Source: Somniosus microcephalus (lineage: Eukaryota). Taken from it: DNA of 64,000 bases. The stretch is taken from NCBI GenBank assembly GCA_052327205.1, contig CM126223.1, positions 37,076,001 through 37,140,000 on the forward strand, in the 5' to 3' direction. Both the position numbers and the translations under genes were made by a program. The notes below the pieces were generated by a model that was not told the DNA's origin, ran no database searches, and was given only the letters and a program-made list of their open reading frames with translations. Shown in pieces: positions 40,153 to 53,229 of this stretch. Every line of letters begins with the position of its first letter. Positions within the stretch are counted from its first letter, which is position 1.

Positions 40153-41562
40153 GTGTCCAAATGAAGAAATTATGGGCTGATCTTTCCTTCACTGTATATC
40201 CTGAGTTTAGGTGGCATAGAGGCGAAAAATGAAGAGAAATGGGACAGGGAGACCTACCGTTGCAGTGTAATTATTTTAACCCCATTTTATCCCTCTTCCA
40301 CGCCTTTCCACCTCAAAAGTAGTCTGGACACCTATGGTTTCCATCTCTATATTCATAAATCAGCTGCCTTTCTGGTACCCCTCATGATTTTCCTCACCTC
40401 CCGAGTTGAGTCACTCCACCAAGCAGTCTGGCCTCGCTGAGAAATGGCCTTACTCAGTCACAGAGAAGAGCCAAATGCAAACAGAAGTTAAAGCTGGGAT
40501 TCAAATCACAGCTTCTCTGAATGACACTGGAGCTCTACCAATAACTACACGCTGATTTCAGTGGTGAAATATAACCCAAGTATCAGATTGTCACAAAAAG
40601 AGTGACTCACTTTTGCATATTCTTCATTTTGAATTTACTCAACCCCACCCCCCCACCTCCTTTCTTCTGTAAGTGCCTCTAACTTTTCAGTCCCATTCAG
40701 TTAGGAGGGTAAGACCACCAACAGCACAAATCTCTTCATGATCACTGCCAACGCTGTCTTTGTGAGACAGCCGTGTCGGTCTTGTGGAACTTCCCCCCGC
40801 CCATCACAGGAGGCAGACATGAACTGACAGAATTCACATCCACCACAGAAGGCAAACCTGAGTGTCACGATATGCGAAATCAAACCCATAACTGGCTCCT
40901 TGAGAAGCCCGAGCTGCAGCCATCCCACTCCTCTGCCACTCTCATCTCTTCAAGTCCAGAGCCAAGATACTTTGCAATTCTTCCAATGCAGAGAATTTAT
41001 GGCATTTTACATACAAAAGCTCTGTGCTGTCTTGCAGAGAAACTCAAGATGCAAACAGTGGTAACAATTTATGGCAGCAAAGAGCTGCTACTATGGCAAC
41101 GATGCCACCTCAACGCACAAAAGATCTTTTACGATACTGGGGTTGCGTTATTGCAGAAAATATGATTGGACGTCTATCATCCAATCGGGTGCCTTGTTTG
41201 TGCGCATAAATTGTTTCTTGTTTGCAACCCAGAAATTTGTGAGGACATCTGACGGGTAATTTTCTGACTTTCCGTTTCTGTTGGGAGTCCCATCTGCCAG
41301 AACCGCAGATTGGAAATTTGGGTACCTGATTTTCCTAACATTTAAAACCAATGCTCGGAAAATTGTGGACAAGGCACGTCCAACTTTCCAATATGCACAG
41401 TCAGACAATTGCTCCTGTGGTCTTAAATTCACAACAGCACCAATATTTGAAGAAAGCTGGGAATGAAACTATTATAAATTGCTCTAACTAGCACAAAGTA
41501 TTTATGGCTCAATTATCAAGATTGGCTCGTAATTGCACACAAAATGGTTGGTACAAACATTA

Positions 41563-41952
<390 letters not shown>

Positions 41953-43139
41953 CTACATAGAATGGATGTAAGTTTCCTGTAGTCTATTATCGACTGCTTT
42001 TCAATAAATGCTTCATGCACTGCAATTCAGTGAAGGTCATGCAGTAATGAGATTTAGCAATACGTTTGTACAGGAAACATCGGAACTGTCACAAAGATGG
42101 TATAAATACAACTCAAAATTGTACAAACATATTGCATACATCATCAAATACCAAAAAGCGAAGATGTCTATTACGAATCTTGCATATGGCTTGCACATCC
42201 TGTCTACGAACATTACTTCCTGCAATACTTTTTGTGGCAACATTTCTAATGGAACTTCCAATCTAAACATTTATAACAGGATGCTGTATGTAAACATTTT
42301 AGAATAGGAAAATCTTATGCAAACATTTTGCCATCACAGTTGGAGCATAAAAGTGGGTCGGGTGTACAGCAGGGGGGGTGGGGGGAGGTTGAACAACGGG
42401 TGTCCAACTGATCCCACCCTGTTCTCGCTGGCCGGGTTAGCTTAAAATTGGGGCTAAAGTTTCACTTCCAGGAACCAGATCACAAAACACATGTTTTCAG
42501 AGAAAATTAAAGACTAATGCTGGCCCTCCCCACTCCTCCCCAAAGTGCTATCAGGTCTGTTCTCTCCCCCTACCCTGCTGACAGACACCAGGAATCTACC
42601 AGTGAGCCAAACCCAACATTGTACCACCGGATCTGCCAAACCTCAGGTTGCCCCTCTACAGCAAAGCTAGAACAAAGGATCCTGCCCCATTATACCATAT
42701 CCATAATTCACGAAAGACAGCTGCATTATGGGGTAGACATTTGCAAGATATATTCGACATGTTGCCTAGAAATTACGCAGACTGCGATAAGGCTCAGAAA
42801 GATCTAACTGATCATTTCCCTCCTAAGAAAAATATGACACATGAATGAATCACATTTTAAAGGCCTCAACAGCACAAGAATGATTTTTTTTCCCCACACA
42901 CTTATGTCAGCAAGCAGCAAAATATTATTTAATGGATGAGACTGGGAAATTAAAACAAAGATCATCCAGCATTTTGCAGTGTTGAGCCCTGGAAAAGGAG
43001 TAGTCTGCAGATGGACCTTTAGAACCAGATAGAGCACTTGATCTAGCTAACCATTGTGCAAACTAAGCAACGAGTCTCTTTCAATCCAATAAACGTCAAG
43101 TACAAACTGCACCACAACATGACAAAACAAGTATAGCCA

Positions 43140-45130
43140 GGTCAACTGAAACGGTGTGTGTTATCGCTGCAGTGAGAATTACCCCCATACTGGCGATTGT
43201 CTAGAAGGAAATTGTCCATGTAGGAAATAAAATCATTCTCCAAGTGCTGTCAGTCATCCTAATGTAGATCTCTACAAAAACATCTGATGAAACACGGTGG
43301 CCCAGTAATATAATCACTAAATTGCGGCCAGTTAAAACAGCAAGATGTGCTGCAGGCCGTCGTCTAACCAGCTCTGAACATGATGCACATTAATCGCCAT
43401 ATCAGAACAGAACGTCAACAATCCCATAATAAGCGAAGAGTAGACAGCGACAGTGTGTCAACTCAAGTCATTGTGGATTCCGGTTGTCCAAGGAATATTA
43501 TGGATAAATCCTGTTACCAATCTACTGTTGTTGGTTCGGAGCTTTGAGTGAAGCTCCACCACACGCAGAGGCAGTTAATTCCAACTGGTACAAAGACACC
43601 TCTTCTAGTGCTTGGTAAATTCTTCACTCACATCGAGTCTGGCATGCAAGCAGTCTCACCTGGTACATTTGTTGTGAAAGAAGAGCCTAGTTATCTACAT
43701 TAGGGCAGTACAACTCACTAGCCGACCTTCAGCAGTATGTAGCATATATATTAACATCAGAGCATTTTATTTGCTGTGAATTCTCTCCAATATTTCTCAG
43801 TTTAGGTACAGCGAAAGACATACAGTTCAAACTGCAGATGGCCAAGTCTGTTGCTCAGCATCAGCACAAGATACCATTTCCTCTATGGATGAAAATAAAG
43901 CTGAAAGAGTTGGAGGATAATGGAATAACTGAAAATGCAGATGGTCCTACAGCTTGGATTTCACTTCCAGTAATTATCACCAAGCTAAAGAATCCCAAAA
44001 CGTTGTGTTGATATACAAGGAGCACACAATGCTATTATGCATAAATGACATGATGCTTCAATTCTGGATGAAGCTGTTGCAGAGGTAAACAGTGTTTCCT
44101 CAAAGCTAGACCTGAAATCTGGATATCACCAACTGGAGCTCGACAAAAAGAGGCATGATATTACATATGCATCACACTGAAGTGATACAAAAGGTTAACT
44201 TTCACCATATCTTCAACAGGAAATATATTTTGACATGCCACCTGACAAGTTATTGACAGAATCCACTTATACAATTACAGCTAACAATTTAAGGCATTAA
44301 AAGATCACAAGCCTTTGTTTCCTGTATTCTCCAAGGCACAGTCTAAACCTTCTTCTAGTATCAGCTGAAGGTCTAGGCTTATTGTATGATCATTAATTAT
44401 TGGCTTGTGTGCAGACTGGTGCATATGCGATGCAGAACTAGTTTAGACTACCATCACCAGATTTGGTTGGGTCACATCAAGTGCTATCGGACGTCACCCT
44501 CCTCTACCAAAACAGTCCACTACTTCAGGATCATCTTGGAGAGCAAAGATAATCCCTGGCTTCTCTTCTCCACTACTAACTGTCTCCTTAAACTCCTCTC
44601 CCCTGCCCCTTTCACCCTCACCTCCAACAACATATGCGTGGGGCTCACTGACTTCTTACTCACTAGCATAGAGACCATCTGCTCAGCTGGTTCGCCCCTT
44701 CTCCTTGCCCAAATATAGTATTGTTGAAAGTTATGGCCGATGTAGGTGTCCATGTAGATGTGGACCCTTTACAAAATAAGACACTCTCTTATTAGAGGTC
44801 AAGAATTTCTCCCAATTTCTACAAGCTGAAATAAACAAATCCACATCGCCTAGAGCCACTATTCTGCGTCTAAACAAGATTTTTGTTGTGTTTTTACACA
44901 GGATTCCAGAGGCGTTAAAGTCAGACAATGGATCGCCATTTCAGCATTGAAATTTCAAGCAGTTTACAGAACACCTTGGATTTTGCCAGGATCGAATCCC
45001 CCCTGCAAACAGAAGGAAAGATTCAAGCAAACAATCAGCGAGTGTCTCCAGGCTGCTTAATCTGGGCAGCAACAAAATACCTGCTACTGGGCTGCCTTTA
45101 TCCACTAGCTTTAAAACATACTGCATAGTA
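43140..45130 (+). mobile_element. Highly degenerate Ty3/Gypsy LTR retrotransposon internal region, interrupted by an L2 piece at about 44350-44710
   Basis: In Gypsy order: Gag-like Cys knuckle CYRC...H...C (~43160), protease VIVDSG (~43465), RT GI.E..DGPTAWIS and SKLDLKSGYHQLEL (~43920-44145), integrase GIPEALKSDNGSPF (~44900-44940). Confidence 0.8.
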
Positions 45131-45744
45131 ACTGCGACAACTAGAAGCAAGGTTGATGCGCAGATATCATCAATCTTCATAAAATTTAGGATTATGTACC
45201 AATTGAGTATAGTTTTTCCTTTAGGAGACACTGTAAACACTGAGCCCATTTAAGATTGTCTAAAAGGGTGATGGACATCTACATCTGTTATAACTTTCAC
45301 AAGTATTATGTTTTGGAAACATTTCAAAGATACATTCTTACACTTTCAATTACGTGCAAGCTTTCCGACTGATCAATACAACCTAACATCCAATTTACTT
45401 GGACTAACTGCAGAACAAAATAGAACAACCAGTCATGGAAAAGTAATGAGAGCCATAAAAGTTATCACTGGATCAGGTAGACACACAACACAACTTATAC
45501 TCTTGAAGATATGGCAAAATTGTATAGTAAGGATATGACTGCACTATAGCTACTCCTGGACTGCCCATAGGATTTAAAGTGTTGATAATCCAGTGGATTT
45601 CTACTTTTGTTCCTTTGTTTGGAAGTTCATGAATGGTAATGCCAGGAATGGTATGGATTGGAAAAAGAGAAATACGGAATAGCATTCCTGTTTTTAATAC
45701 ATTAACAGAGTTGAAATGGGTTTGCTGGGAAGTATGTGACTTAC

Positions 45745-45998
45745 CTGAATACCCGGCCCCAGCAGGGTGTCCTGGAACCTGAAGTGCACTTGACGTCAGT
45801 GGAGGTGGTGGTGGTAGAGCTGAATGGGGGGCAAACATAGTGGGATGATGCGAATGATTTGCAGGCTGTAGACTAGGTGTAAAAGTATGTGAAGTATTGT
45901 GGGCTGCGAGGGCCAAAGAGAAGCTTGGAGTGGAAGGATGATGGGAAATTTGTGCTGGAGGAACTTGAGGTTTGACTGGAGTGCTGCTTCGGCTGCTG
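45745..45998 (-). CDS. AUTS2: AUTS2 coding exon (exon 8 equivalent)
   Basis: (CT)n tract then ctcag|cagcagccga and donor tcag|gtaagt; 254 nt, phase 2 to phase 1. Reads [22 protein letters not shown]...[37 protein letters not shown]. Confidence 0.95.
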
Positions 45999-47133
45999 CT
46001 GAGAAGAGAGAGAGAGAAACAAAAAGCACAATGAGATTCATAAACAAACTTCGTGAACAATTTTCACTTAATACTGGCACGTACAGCATTGCCAACACTC
46101 GCAATCTCATTTATGATTTATTGATCCTGCACTTTTATTAATCTGTGACTCATGGAGATAATAGGAGAGGGATGATTCTTCTCTCTCCCCTCCCAAACAC
46201 TGTGAAAGAAAAAGACTTGCATTTATATAGCGCCTTTCATGACCTCAGGACGTCCCAAAGCGCTTTACAGCCAATGAAGTACCTTTGAAGTATAGTCACT
46301 GCTGTAATATAATTTAACTGTCAATCATGTATGTAAAAATAATTGTGCAACATCTTTGAATCAGTAATGAAATCACAGGTACAATGTTGCATTTCAAGGG
46401 GAGTTGTTGCCACGATTGAAGTGTCTTGTAAGTCATGTTTCCATGTCTACATAGACTGAAAGGCATGATAACCAATTGGAGATTTAGGAGGATCTGAAGT
46501 TCAAATTAACAGTGTCTGTCAATTTAGCCATCTCAGCCAGATTTCCCACTCCTGATTGCTATCCAGTGTTACCTCTGGAACGTGTGTGGATGTTCGGATC
46601 AGGCTCGGTTGTAATGTCTTCCACTGATGACTGTCAGCAGGCAGCCTATAAGCAACATATGTAGACTGGCCTCTTGAAGCCATACCCCATTAGGCAGGAG
46701 AAGAGCAGGCAAAATTGGGGGAGTAAAGTTGCTCACATATCATTTGATGTGTCACCTATCAAGCTTACAGTTTCATTAAACTGGAAGGCCCAAATTTGAA
46801 TTTTTGACTTTGGATAACAAAGCGTCATCAATAACTAAATTTGTTTCGATCAAGTTATCATCTAAACTTTATTTCAATTTGAAATGACATTCATTTTTCC
46901 TCACATTCATATCAGAAACTATCACCTCTGGGTGTAATGGACTGCAAGTCAATTCAGACAGCCCCTACTGTTGTAATTCATGCATTCAATTACAATTAAC
47001 CCGCATATAAAGTGAGTTAAAGTTAGAAAGTGGTGGTACATATGTTTGCTTAAGTAAATGTTCTCACTGCTCACAGGTAATTTAGTATCTTCCAAGCACA
47101 TATGAAGCGTTATAAACAATTTCAATTACTCAC

Positions 47134-47731
47134 CTTATGCTGTTTAGACTTAGGCTGCTGCTGTACACAGACAGAGATTGCGGGAGGCTCCGAGATGTTG
47201 GTCGAGATGGAAGCTGACTTTGCAGAACTGGCTGTGCAGGAGAAGGTGGCTGAGGCTGAAGCTGAGGGTGAGGGTGAGGTTGGTGCTGAGGAGTTTGAGC
47301 CTGGGCTTGAGGCTGAGATATGGGTGGAGGCTGAGGTTGGGGTAGAGGTACAGGTTGGGGTTGGGATGGAAGTAGGGGTTGGGATGGAAGTAGGGGTTGG
47401 GATTGGGGTTGGGCTTGACCCTGGGATTGTGGTAGAGCCTTTGGCTGTGGCTGGGGGAGTAGCTGTGTAAGCTGGGTCTGCACAGGAAGTGGAGAGCAGA
47501 GTTTGGCCTGGGACTGGGACTGGGATTGGGGTTGGGGTTGTGGTTGGGGCTGGGGTGGGGTCTGAGCCTGAGGAACAGGCTCCTTAGCCACAGCAAGCAC
47601 AAGCAGCTGGTCTTTGGAACCCTCCTGGCTTTGCTCCTGACTTCGTTCTAACCCTGATATTTTGGGGACATTTGGTCCTCTTGCTTCTCGGGTGTCATTT
47701 GTTGTTAGTGCGCTGACACTAAAGTCAGTAA
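47134..47731 (-). CDS. AUTS2: AUTS2 coding exon (equivalent to human exon 7), PQ-rich region
   Basis: Acceptor ttttctctatag| and donor ataag|gtgagt; 598 nt, phase 1 to phase 2. Reads TDFSVSALTTNDTREARGPNVPKISGLERSQEQSQ...(PQ-rich)...SLSVYSSSLSLNSI; VPKISGLERSQE is an AUTS2-family motif. Confidence 0.93.
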
Positions 47732-48213
47732 CTATAGAGAAAACAGAAAGAACAAATTAAGATGCATCTTTTCAATTACATATAAGGTCATTACAGTACA
47801 GTCTGATTAATAAAAGTGTATATACTCTGCAACAACCTAACCTGTTAGGGTTTGCACCCTACTATTCAGCTTACATCGTTTGACAGTCAGATATTCACTA
47901 AAATAATACAAACTAAAAAGCTAACTAATGGATTGGGTGAATCTACAAAGGAGCCATTTCGCTGTCAAGGCAACTGTGATGAAAATGAGTTATTTTTGTC
48001 TGATTCTTTCTCACTGGTCACAGCATACCCAGAGTTACTGATCACTGTTTCTGGAGGCTGAAATAGATACAGACCCCAGACAAGGAGGTCACAAGGATAT
48101 ATTCTGGTCATCTGGAGTACAGTGACAAGGGTTCTCTGTTCAACTCAACATTCTCACTTCATTTGTTTTGATATTCGGTAGACAAAGGTATAATCTGGCT
48201 CATAGGGGACTTG

Positions 48214-49054
48214 GGGGTAGATTTTGCCAAACTTGTCGGGAAGAAGGCGGGGCTTCCCCTTTTGGGTTTCTGACCCGCCTACTTCGATGTCAGGCCAATC
48301 CACGCGATTTTCCCTTGATTGACCTTGTTGAGCCCGCCCAGCAGGCTCAGCAGGCCAATTAAGGGCCACCCGGCAACAGGTGACGTTACAGACTGCAATT
48401 TCATCTGTCAAGAGATCTTGACAGATGAAATATCAGTGTCTCACAGCTGTTTGAAGCTGTGAAACACTGACACACTGAGTTCTGACATGAGTCATTCTGC
48501 ACAGACTCAATTAGAACTGTCACCGGCACTCAAAGCTGAAGGCTGTCACTTTTGACAGATCGCAGCCATTCAGCTTTAAGTTCCGGGTGAGTGATGCAGC
48601 TCCCGACGCCTGCAGGAAGAAAGGCTGTTAAGGTAAGTACAGGTAAGTTAAAGTTCTTTACACACTTTAGACACACCAAACACACTTACCTTTACACTCA
48701 TGCGCCCATCACTCACCTGAGCGCCGACATCGCAACCCCTCCAACTCCTTCAACCTGACGGCCCGCCTGCTCTACCTGGCGTGGTTTGGAGCCATCGGGA
48801 AACCCACACGAAACCCCTCAAAATAGGGATTAGGCTAAAAACTGCCTGTTAACAGGCAGTTAATTGGCACTAATCCCTTCCCGCCTGGTTTCGACGGGTC
48901 CCAGTGCGGGGTGGGTACCCGCCGCCCCTGAAACTTACGTGGGGCGGGGTTTTGGGCGGGATGGTGGCGGGACCCCCAAATTCGGGATTTCCCCGCACCC
49001 CCCCCCCCCCACACGCCTGAAACGCCGCCTGACGGCTCCCAGAAAATCTAGCCC
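48214..49054. mobile_element. PIF/Harbinger-like MITE, family A copy 1
   Basis: TTG|ggggtagatttt...aaaatctagccc|TTG: 3-bp TSD, internal palindromes. Confidence 0.8.
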
Positions 49055-49289
49055 TTGGAGTCTGCCTCCAGGAGTGGCCAGTGGCTCTGGCCCCCAAGAC
49101 ATTTTCTAGCATAAAAGCCCAGAAACGACAGCAACAAAAGAATTTAATTTTTTTTATTTTACTTGTACATTATTTCAAATTTTTTCTCCCTACTTCCTCT
49201 GTAGGTCATCCTTTCCCCGATTGAGAGATCAGATGGATAACTTGCTTCAACGCCTCTGCTAATGTTTGAACCAACTAGGAGATCCTTTT

Positions 49290-49606
49290 CTGCCAGTGCC
49301 ATTTACACTTCATCTAGAGCCATCTTTTGCTTCTTAACTTGTCCCATTACCATCTCCTTTGGCCTTGCACCATCATCCCTTTTGTCTCTTAATCTCTCCT
49401 GCCTTCCATCCTATCACAGACCTTCCCTTTTGTTCTTTCCTCCCCTCCCCCCTCTCCCGGCCCCTACACTTGCTTAAAAACCTGTTCCATCTCCAGCTTT
49501 TCCCAGTTCTGACGAAGGGTCATCCACCTGAAACATTAACTCTGTTTCTCTCGCCACAGATGCTGCCTGACCTGCTGAGTATTTCCAGCATTTTCTGTTT
49601 TTATTA
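49290..49606 (+). mobile_element. Penelope-like 3'/pLTR fragment with a degenerate hammerhead-like motif
   Basis: agttctgacgaagggtcatccacctgaaacattaact at about 49505-49541; flanked by taggagatc(c/t)ttt direct repeats at about 49276 and 49607. Confidence 0.7.
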
Positions 49607-51095
49607 TAGGAGATCTTTTAATCAGGACAATCCAAGAACCCTCACTTCTCAGTGTTCCCAGAAGATGTATCACTGTGAAATATTGACTGATAAGTAATTC
49701 TGCTGCACAGTATTTTTAATGTTCATCTACCTGCTATTACTCATCTCAGTAAACAAACTGATGACTGTGTGTCTGAGTGTGTCTGTGCGTGTGTGTGTGT
49801 CTGAGTATATATGCGCGTGCATGTGTGTCCCAGAGTGTGTGTCTGTTCTTGGTTAAAAAAATGTCTGAAACATATAAACTGCTTATAGTTATAGTTACTG
49901 ATATTAAGATGTTTCCTTTTATCTAGATTTCTTTGTTCCCACAGATCTCCAGTGGTGTAATAAATCAGAAATAATAATTAAAAAATAAAGGAACCTACAT
50001 GCATCTGTTCCAAAGCCAAACGCTGTTCAAGTAACATTAATACAATCACGCGTTCTAGGGATCTCAGGAAAGTCCTATTTTCACATGAATTAACTTTGGA
50101 TACCAGGAATATTAATATAATGATGAACAGTATTAATATCATGATAATAGAAAGCTTTATATAAGGAATTTCTAGTTTGCAAGCCAACAATGCGTATCCG
50201 GTAAGTTTCCCCTCTGCCATCTGATTTGTAAATCTGAGGTATATGCTAGATTTAAAATATTAATACAACCTGCTTTGTGGTTTTTGAAACAAATGTTCAT
50301 TATTTTAGGAGAAGGCTTGAAAAATATTAAATGGGGCTCCCTCGAATGGCTCAGTGGGTTTAAGCAGTGAGTAGTTAAGCTGTACAGACCAGGTTTGATT
50401 CCCGCCCGGTCTGTATTTACGATCTGTGGAATCATATCCAGCAAGGGGCAGGTGCCTTTAGCAGAGGAGGGAGGGGATAAAAGTGGAAAAAGGAGGGGAA
50501 ATATAAACAGAGGGGAAACAAAAGCAAGAAGTAATAAAGCTATGCCTACAGACACCAAAAGATAGGAAACATTCATCCGGGCTTGCTATATTTGTAAACA
50601 TATTTCACCACTTTCTGAAGATTGCCATTCCAAGATACAAATGAGAAAATGGCAGATCTTTGCCATTTTCTGAGACCTTTAAAGATTTCAGTGGGGTCTG
50701 ACACATGCAAACCTCCCACAGGAGTAATGTATTTACTTTACACACCCTCAAATTCCAGGAAATCTCGTGAGCTGGTCTCAGCTCTGCATCCGATTAATGG
50801 AACTTATTAACAGAGGACATAGTCATATAGTTACCATGTGGAATGAATACAGATCTCAGTAAGATTCTCTCAGGTGCTCTCTTTTTCCAAAAATATAATG
50901 ACATTTCTTATTAGCCCTAAATATTCCTCAACTGCACAAAACAAAACCTCAGTTGACCAAACCTCCAAGAGCTGGACAATCAGAGCTTGAGTTCTGATGT
51001 TTGGTCTCCAGATTCTAAAGAAGATCTTTCTAACTTTAACAATTAATTCTGAAATCACTGCATTCAGAAAAATGAGCTTCTGTTTTAAATATTTG

Positions 51096-51781
51096 GAGGG
51101 ACAAATTGGGTTGCTTTGCACCTCCCGGGTCGCAAAGCAACCATCGCCCGGACGCGGCACCGCCCACACCTCCTGCAAAATTCAGCGGGAGGTTAACGGC
51201 GGTGCCAACCGGTAGCGCGTGGCGCTGCACCACCGGCAATGGCATCATCGCTGTGCGCAGCGCCCTGGCCGCGATCTTCGGGAGCACCCCCTGACTTACC
51301 GCCGGACGCTATGTCCGACGGGGTCAGGGGGGCCTACCTGCGGCCGGGAGGGCGCTATTTAAAGGTGAGGTGCGGGGTGGCCATTTTTGTTGCTGGCCTT
51401 CTGCCAGCACCTGCCTGCGCTCCCGCCCCCGGCCTCCTGAACCACCCCTCCCCCTCCCGCGGTGTGCCGGCTGCGCTCCAAGAGCACGGCACTTCTCTTT
51501 TGCCAGCACTCCCAATCCCCGGGGGCCCAGCTGGGCCCCGGGTTGCGCTGCGCAAGGCCCCTCCACTTTAAGAAGGGGAGGAAGGCCTGCAATACCGTGG
51601 TGCTGCGGCACGTAATGCCCCGATATTCACCCGCAGCGCCCCAAGATGGATGCGGTGCGCTTCCAGTAGCGCCCCGCTTCCCTCTTGGGGCTCAACCACT
51701 CAATTTCCATCGTGGGGGCGCTAATTTTTCCGGGGCGCTAAAAGTAGCACCCCAAATGGGGCGCTACTCAATTTTTAGCCC
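51096..51781. mobile_element. CpG-rich MITE-like element
   Basis: Abrupt GC/CpG-rich block with imperfect inverted termini (13/19 match). Confidence 0.6.
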
Positions 51782-52592
51782 ATGGTGTTAAGTTCACACT
51801 CTTAGAATTCATGCACAAATTTCTTTGTTCAAAAATGTAGACTGCCAGCCCAAAGCTGGACATTAGGGAGGATCCTAATTGCTCCAGGATTGCAGAGCGC
51901 ATTCTCCAGAAAAGAAAGAATCAGTATGTTCTTCAACTGTATAAGATTGTTGACAGCTGATTTTCCCTAAGCCTGTGCCATGTATGAGCAGTGTCAGTGC
52001 TAAGTAGTGCCAGCTTTGCACTTGGCACTGTCTGGTAATGTTCCAATTACACTTGTTTTCTCAACTGACGAAAGACAAGTCGGAAGGCGATTGATAGTGA
52101 CAGACCTGTTAAATACAATACTAAAGCTATCTTATTTGCCATTTATGCCACCCGCAAGCTAGAGTGACAAATTTTTAAAACCAGTTATTCTACAATTATG
52201 AAGTAATGCACTGCATGCTCCCTTTAATTAGGCCTCAAGGGTTTCAAAACGACATGTAATGCGTATTTAGTATCCCAAAAGAGTTCATCTGAATACATAT
52301 AATGCACATTTAATATCCCCATAGAATCAATTTGTCAGCTTTCTGACTCTGAAGACAAAATATGCAAATTACCCTTATGTTACAAAGGCCTTTACTTTCG
52401 CTCTCAATAAAGTGCCCCTTTGGTTGGTTAATGGCATATCACGCAGCAGTGCAAATCACAGTTAGCAGCTGCCTAAACAGCTTGGGCTACAGGGAAAGCA
52501 ACAATATGGAATAGATAATTTGGCAGATTAGAAGAATTAGTATCATCCATTTTTACTTTGTAAGTGATGTGCTACTTCCACTCCAGCAGGAA

Positions 52593-52885
52593 GGAGTAAT
52601 CCCTCCTACTGGCCCCCCATTTAACACTAGGAGTAATCCCTCCTACTGGCCCCCCATTTAACACTAGGAGTAATCCCTCCTACTGGCCCCCCATTTAACA
52701 CTAGGAGTAATCCCTCCTACTGGCCCCCCATTTAACACTAGGAGTAATCCCTCCTACTGGCCCCCCATTTAACACTAGGAGTAATCCCTCCTACTGGCCC
52801 CCCATTTAGCACTAGGAGTAATCCCTCCTACTGGCCCCCCATTTAGCACTAGGAGTAATCCCTCCTACTGGCCCATCATTTAGCA
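52593..52885. repeat. 37-bp tandem repeat, 8 copies
   Basis: Unit ggagtaatccctcctactggccccccatttaacacta starting at 52593, 52630, 52667, 52704, 52741, 52778, 52815 and 52852. Confidence 0.97.
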
Positions 52886-53229
52886 GGGCAATGTGGGAGG
52901 AGAGAATATGGATTTACATCATCTCCAATCCCTCAATAAAAAAAAGAGGGAATCAGTGTGTGATACGTCAACTGCTTTAATGAAATATTTCGAAATAGGT
53001 CTCTGCACTTCAAAAAAAAAAAATCATTGCGTGAAGCAGTTTTGAGATTTTTCATGTGAAAAATATTTTTGACTGATGAACCCAATTTAGATAAGGTAAC
53101 TCTTTCTGCAAGGGACTCTGTCACCTTGCAAGATACCTGCCACCGATATATGCAGCGATATCAGCCTCTCACAATTGTGCTTGTTATTTTATATTTGATT
53201 GAGTAATGAATTGGCTAATATGAGTAGTT

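Noticed and set aside
47102-47470. Antisense 122-aa EV/GV-rich ORF
   Set aside because: A shadow frame of the repetitive PQ-rich AUTS2 exon.
51036-51791. Overlapping GC-rich ORFs (also at 62671-63302)
   Set aside because: Expected from high GC content in MITEs; no recognisable domain or splice structure.
52593-52885. CRISPR-like array (37-bp repeats with an internal palindrome)
   Set aside because: The units are directly adjacent with no unique spacers, there are no cas genes, and the context is a vertebrate intron.
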